Assembly: GCA_000434435.1 (NCBI GenBank)
Contig: FR895563.1
Span: 1 to 54,460, forward strand
Reading direction: 5' to 3'
Length of the DNA stretch: 54,460 nt
From: Firmicutes bacterium CAG:475
GTDB lineage: Bacteria > Bacillota > Clostridia > Christensenellales > CAG-917
The first letter of the stretch is position 1. Every line of letters starts with the position of its first letter. Position numbers and translations under genes: made by a program. The notes under the pieces are model-generated. The model was not told where the DNA came from. It saw nothing but the letters and a program-made list of their open reading frames with translations, and searched no databases. Positions 52,301 to 54,460 of the stretch are shown one piece after another.

Positions 52301-53387
52301 CGATCCTTATTACGGAACGTGGAATGGTACGAACGGCGTGACGTACATTTTCAACGGATTCGGTTCGTACAACGTCGATGGATCGACGTCGCAAGGGAAA
52401 TGGCTGGTAAAAGGCTTCGTGACTGTTGAAAAAGACGGAAAGACAAGCGAAGTTGAATACTATTACAACAAAAAGACTGGCGAAGCAACGTTCACGATCG
52501 ACAACGTGACGTACGTCGCAAAACTCGACGGAAACGGAATTTTGGTAAACGAAGTGGTCTTCAAGGCTCCCGATTACGCAAGCCAATACGAATATCATGT
52601 CGGTGACGCAGTGTTGCACCTCAACGGCAAGAGCGCGGTGGGTCTCGGCAAAGCGACGCTCACCACGGCGGACGGCGTTGAAAATTACGATTACACGGTG
52701 GACGGCGATATCGTGACGCTTACGAAAGACGGCGTAACCGTTTACGTCATCACGTTTGCAAACGGGGGCGCAACCATTGAAAAGGACGGAGTGAAGGTTG
52801 ACGATTTCGGTTTGTATCACAAACTCGTCGGCAAAGAATATCTCTTGTCGGACGACAACACCTTCAAGATTACCGCAGCAATGGACATCAACGGCATTAC
52901 GAAGGGCGTTTTTGCAGGAATCGAAGTGGACGTGTACTACGTTGACGCAAACTACGTTTCGCTCTACGTCGACGGTACGTTCTTGTATTACGTAGGATAC
53001 CTTGACGACAACAATGCGGTTATCCTCGACGGCAACAAACAAACGGTGACCGTCATTACGATTGCGGACGAATACGCCGGCACTTATACGGCGGCGGACG
53101 GTTCGACGATCGAGCTTGACGGAAGAAGCAAAGGTTCGGAATACGTGTACGCATATGCGACGCTCACTCTCGTAGAGGACGTTGACGGCGAGCACGAAAC
53201 AACCGAATATATGTATACATACAAAGTAGTCGACGGCGAAATTTATGTGTACGACATCGACAAATCGGGAGAGGAGGACGCACTTGTGCTCAAATACAAA
53301 ATCAGCTTCACCGAAGTTGAGGGCGCAAAAGCGTTCGTAAGCGAGGACGGCAGCGTCACGATATATCTTGTCGAAGCGGGGGAATAA
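49305..53387 (+). CDS. Giant surface lipoprotein (1360 aa): B-repeat, GLUG-type beta-helix region, then an array of aromatic-x-G-T-W modules; function unknown
   Basis: AAGGAG lies upstream and the lipobox is LAAC-D. The B-repeat is YTVTFVYGGD...EGYEFAGWKQEG. The motif SPYLISNAAQLKAFADSIN...FQGEFDGRGHVVSNFNL is followed by repeated GGIVAY/GGIVGF/GGIAAA/GGIVGY/GGIVGA units. The C-terminal half contains AMGTW, FAGKW, FIGTW, YYGTW and YAGTY modules. Confidence 0.88.
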   Translation: MTTLKKIVPIFALALCIVLCFALAACDDTPPEPETTQYTVTFVYGGDTANEIVKVDENSQVTKPQDPEREGYEFAGWKQEGASVAFDFDTKITNDITLVAQWNEVVNTARIRWSDDEAVTFVFAGTTPKNVAVGTLVEFGLRVSPYYVGEVKVYAGSKECTLGANGKYSFTVEKSVTVSVEGLRYDDAKIKGLGNAKSPYLISNAAQLKAFADSINAGEDKYAKAFVALTADIDFNGETIEPIGGQKTYFQGEFDGRGHVVSNFNLDGDEGIAGFFGYIATATIKNLTIDSDIEVEAINKQYNYILGGIVAYNMGGDIVNCNFKGSYTVTASLPDDNIVYLGGIVGFMQGYGTEYTATASFCSVQADLVSNGQSSLYAIGGIAAATYGPNNASPAYVNNCSFVGNVEGRNKYAGGIVGYLRSDSAVANCYVDGKIEARSGGDASYAGGIVGASDNEAAISSSVAIGTLSSSKQIGEDEVSDISGLIFRKGFNEIDTRKAVLFKAYYTQDGIVTDGKTYSANSLADLSELLGWVVADWKEEDGAILPVYSDTATGNVNVKFVFGRNVTKEDSDGNPLTQSEDTVTITDVVPIYYIYGGSGMNNFVADKEGADDTKNMVSYGYFFDAACTQRIPSSFLITSDITVYVGFADYSKVEGDYYAVLQTLKNNEIYNAELHLIFDNNGKMTMYYDGIIADYMYVYNGEKLLVKDAYFAYIAYTTTSGYSLLADYYADIDGNVLNIYDNLFFTSEKNNVIVARKQNAAMGTWYTSDGATYTFLSDLTGSRTNANVTETFTYSCNDNVVTITIGSTRIIASITSDGMSMKSISAGLELEKRDIFAGKWESSFNRIETITFDGRGGVTYKGTTYEYVLDGEKATFGSIEATFDENGLLVVKDGEVSTTYGRDGSFIGTWTDTLHDYTIVLDGIDKDGYGTGRDSNGVSFNYVAEYDETGMLMVNMYYRTSLYGMFNIVVGKDGSEMLELAGYYFETGMIIDDFYMSYYDPYYGTWNGTNGVTYIFNGFGSYNVDGSTSQGKWLVKGFVTVEKDGKTSEVEYYYNKKTGEATFTIDNVTYVAKLDGNGILVNEVVFKAPDYASQYEYHVGDAVLHLNGKSAVGLGKATLTTADGVENYDYTVDGDIVTLTKDGVTVYVITFANGGATIEKDGVKVDDFGLYHKLVGKEYLLSDDNTFKITAAMDINGITKGVFAGIEVDVYYVDANYVSLYVDGTFLYYVGYLDDNNAVILDGNKQTVTVITIADEYAGTYTAADGSTIELDGRSKGSEYVYAYATLTLVEDVDGEHETTEYMYTYKVVDGEIYVYDIDKSGEEDALVLKYKISFTEVEGAKAFVSEDGSVTIYLVEAGE

Positions 53388-53396
53388 GGAGCGCAT

Positions 53397-54460
53397 ATGA
53401 AAAACAAAAGAATTGCATTGAGCATATTGGCGATTGCCCTTGTCGCATGCATAGCGTGCGTGGCCGTTGCTTGCAACGAAAAAGGCAATGATCCAAAGAC
53501 TTATACCGTCACGTTTTCGGGCGAAAGCGTGAGCGGTATCTCCGCGCAGACCGTTGAAGAGGGTGCGTGCGCGCAAAGGCCGCAAGACCCGCAAAGAGAC
53601 GGCTATGAATTCAAAGGATGGGCGGAAGAAGGTCAAAGCACGCTTTTCGACTTTGCAACGCCCATAACGAAGAATACCGCACTCGTTGCGGTTTGGGAAG
53701 AGGTCAAGAAAAACGAACTCGGCAGCAAGAACAATCCGTATCTGATTGCGACTGCCGACGACCTTGCGGACTTTGCAGACAAAGTCAATCATCCCGAAGA
53801 AGATGACAATGAAAAGTATGCGAAATCTTTCTTCAAACTCGTTGCGGACATCGATATGGAAGGAATTCCTTACGTTTCGGCAGGACAACTCGTCACGCTC
53901 AACGAAGGTGAAGAGAACGAAAGAATGGTGTACGGTTTCAGCGGCAGCTTTGACGGCAACGGACACACGATCAGCAATCTCACGATCAAGAGAAATTTGC
54001 GTTCGGGAATGTCATACGTCGGCTTGTTCGGCTATTGCCACAGAGCCACGATCACCAATCTCACGCTTGACAACGTCAGCTATGCGGTGGTCAGCGGCGC
54101 AGATCAAAGCAGCATCGGCGCATACGTCGGCGGCATTGTGGGCTATGGCAATCTCACCAACATCTCCAACGTGAGAGTGTCGGGCGAGTTCAACATGAGC
54201 CTTTGCGCGTCCAACCCGTCACGCATCGGCGGCATTGCGGGCGGACTTGACGTCTACGATTCGGAAATCGCATATATCGCATACGTGAAAAACTGCGTGT
54301 CCGAAGTGAAAGTCGTGGCAAAGAGGTTTGAAGACGACGGAAGTGCGTCAAGTCTCGATTCGGCTGTCAACGGCGGCATCATCGGCGCAACATCAACGGC
54401 GTCCAACGGTGCGCTTGCAGTGATCAACTGCGTGACCACCGCTAATGCGGCAGGGGGAGG
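53397..54460 (+). CDS. Surface lipoprotein, 5' part only (runs off the window): B-repeat plus GLUG-type beta-helix; paralogue of 40156 and 49305
   Basis: This ORF is not in the supplied track because it is open at the window end. I translated it by hand from the ATG at 53397 (5 nt after AAGGAG) and found no stop codon up to 54460. It begins MKNKRIALSILAIALVACIACVAVAC-N (lipobox). It then has TYTVTFSG...DGYEFKGWAEEG, NPYLIATADDLADFADKVN, FSGSFDGNGHTISNLTI and the GGIVGY, GGIAGG and GGIIGA units. Confidence 0.85.
   Translation, partial: MKNKRIALSILAIALVACIACVAVACNEKGNDPKTYTVTFSGESVSGISAQTVEEGACAQRPQDPQRDGYEFKGWAEEGQSTLFDFATPITKNTALVAVWEEVKKNELGSKNNPYLIATADDLADFADKVNHPEEDDNEKYAKSFFKLVADIDMEGIPYVSAGQLVTLNEGEENERMVYGFSGSFDGNGHTISNLTIKRNLRSGMSYVGLFGYCHRATITNLTLDNVSYAVVSGADQSSIGAYVGGIVGYGNLTNISNVRVSGEFNMSLCASNPSRIGGIAGGLDVYDSEIAYIAYVKNCVSEVKVVAKRFEDDGSASSLDSAVNGGIIGATSTASNGALAVINCVTTANAAGG

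Overview
This is a 54.5-kb chromosomal window, almost entirely plus-strand coding. It looks like an anaerobic fermentative Firmicutes/Clostridia-type bacterium; that taxon call is inference only, from AdhE, two [FeFe]-hydrogenase homologues, GGAGG-type Shine-Dalgarno (SD) sites and many Cys-lipobox signal peptides. All product calls come from reading the translations, with no database search.

Content from left to right:
1. Housekeeping and accessory genes: a DUF2804-like protein, a ferritin-like di-iron protein, a PH-domain/zinc-ribbon membrane protein, a domain-permuted GH3 beta-glucosidase and a lipoprotein metallophosphoesterase.
2. A redox/ethanol module: adhE, an APH-fold kinase, two tandem thioredoxin-like [2Fe-2S] ferredoxins, a PAS-containing sensory [FeFe]-hydrogenase homologue (HydS/HfsB type), a SpoIIE/PP2C phosphatase and a monomeric [FeFe]-hydrogenase.
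3. A complete eight-gene shikimate/Phe/Tyr operon: pheA, aroB, aroC, an aroE-aroK fusion, aroQ, aroA, tyrA and a DAHP synthase. It is preceded by a short Tyr/Phe-rich leader ORF and an intrinsic terminator.
4. An AT-rich islet carrying a GmrSD-like (DUF262 plus His-Me finger) type IV restriction gene, next to tRNA-Val(GAC).
5. A cell-surface locus longer than 26 kb: a 1132-aa lipoprotein, a roughly 2500-aa S8 subtilase with a PA domain and a long BspA-type LRR array, three paralogous B-repeat/GLUG-type lipoproteins and an Opp/Dpp-type ABC importer in which every subunit is enlarged. The last lipoprotein gene runs off the window and is absent from the supplied ORF track.

The most interesting signals:
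- The candidate ribosome-mediated Tyr/Phe attenuator upstream of pheA.
- The adhE-kinase-HydS-phosphatase-hydrogenase arrangement.
- The surface protease/capture/Opp supercluster, with repeat modules shared between proteins.
- A recurring TGTCGATT motif in promoter regions.

No CRISPR array, rRNA gene, transposase or integrase was seen.
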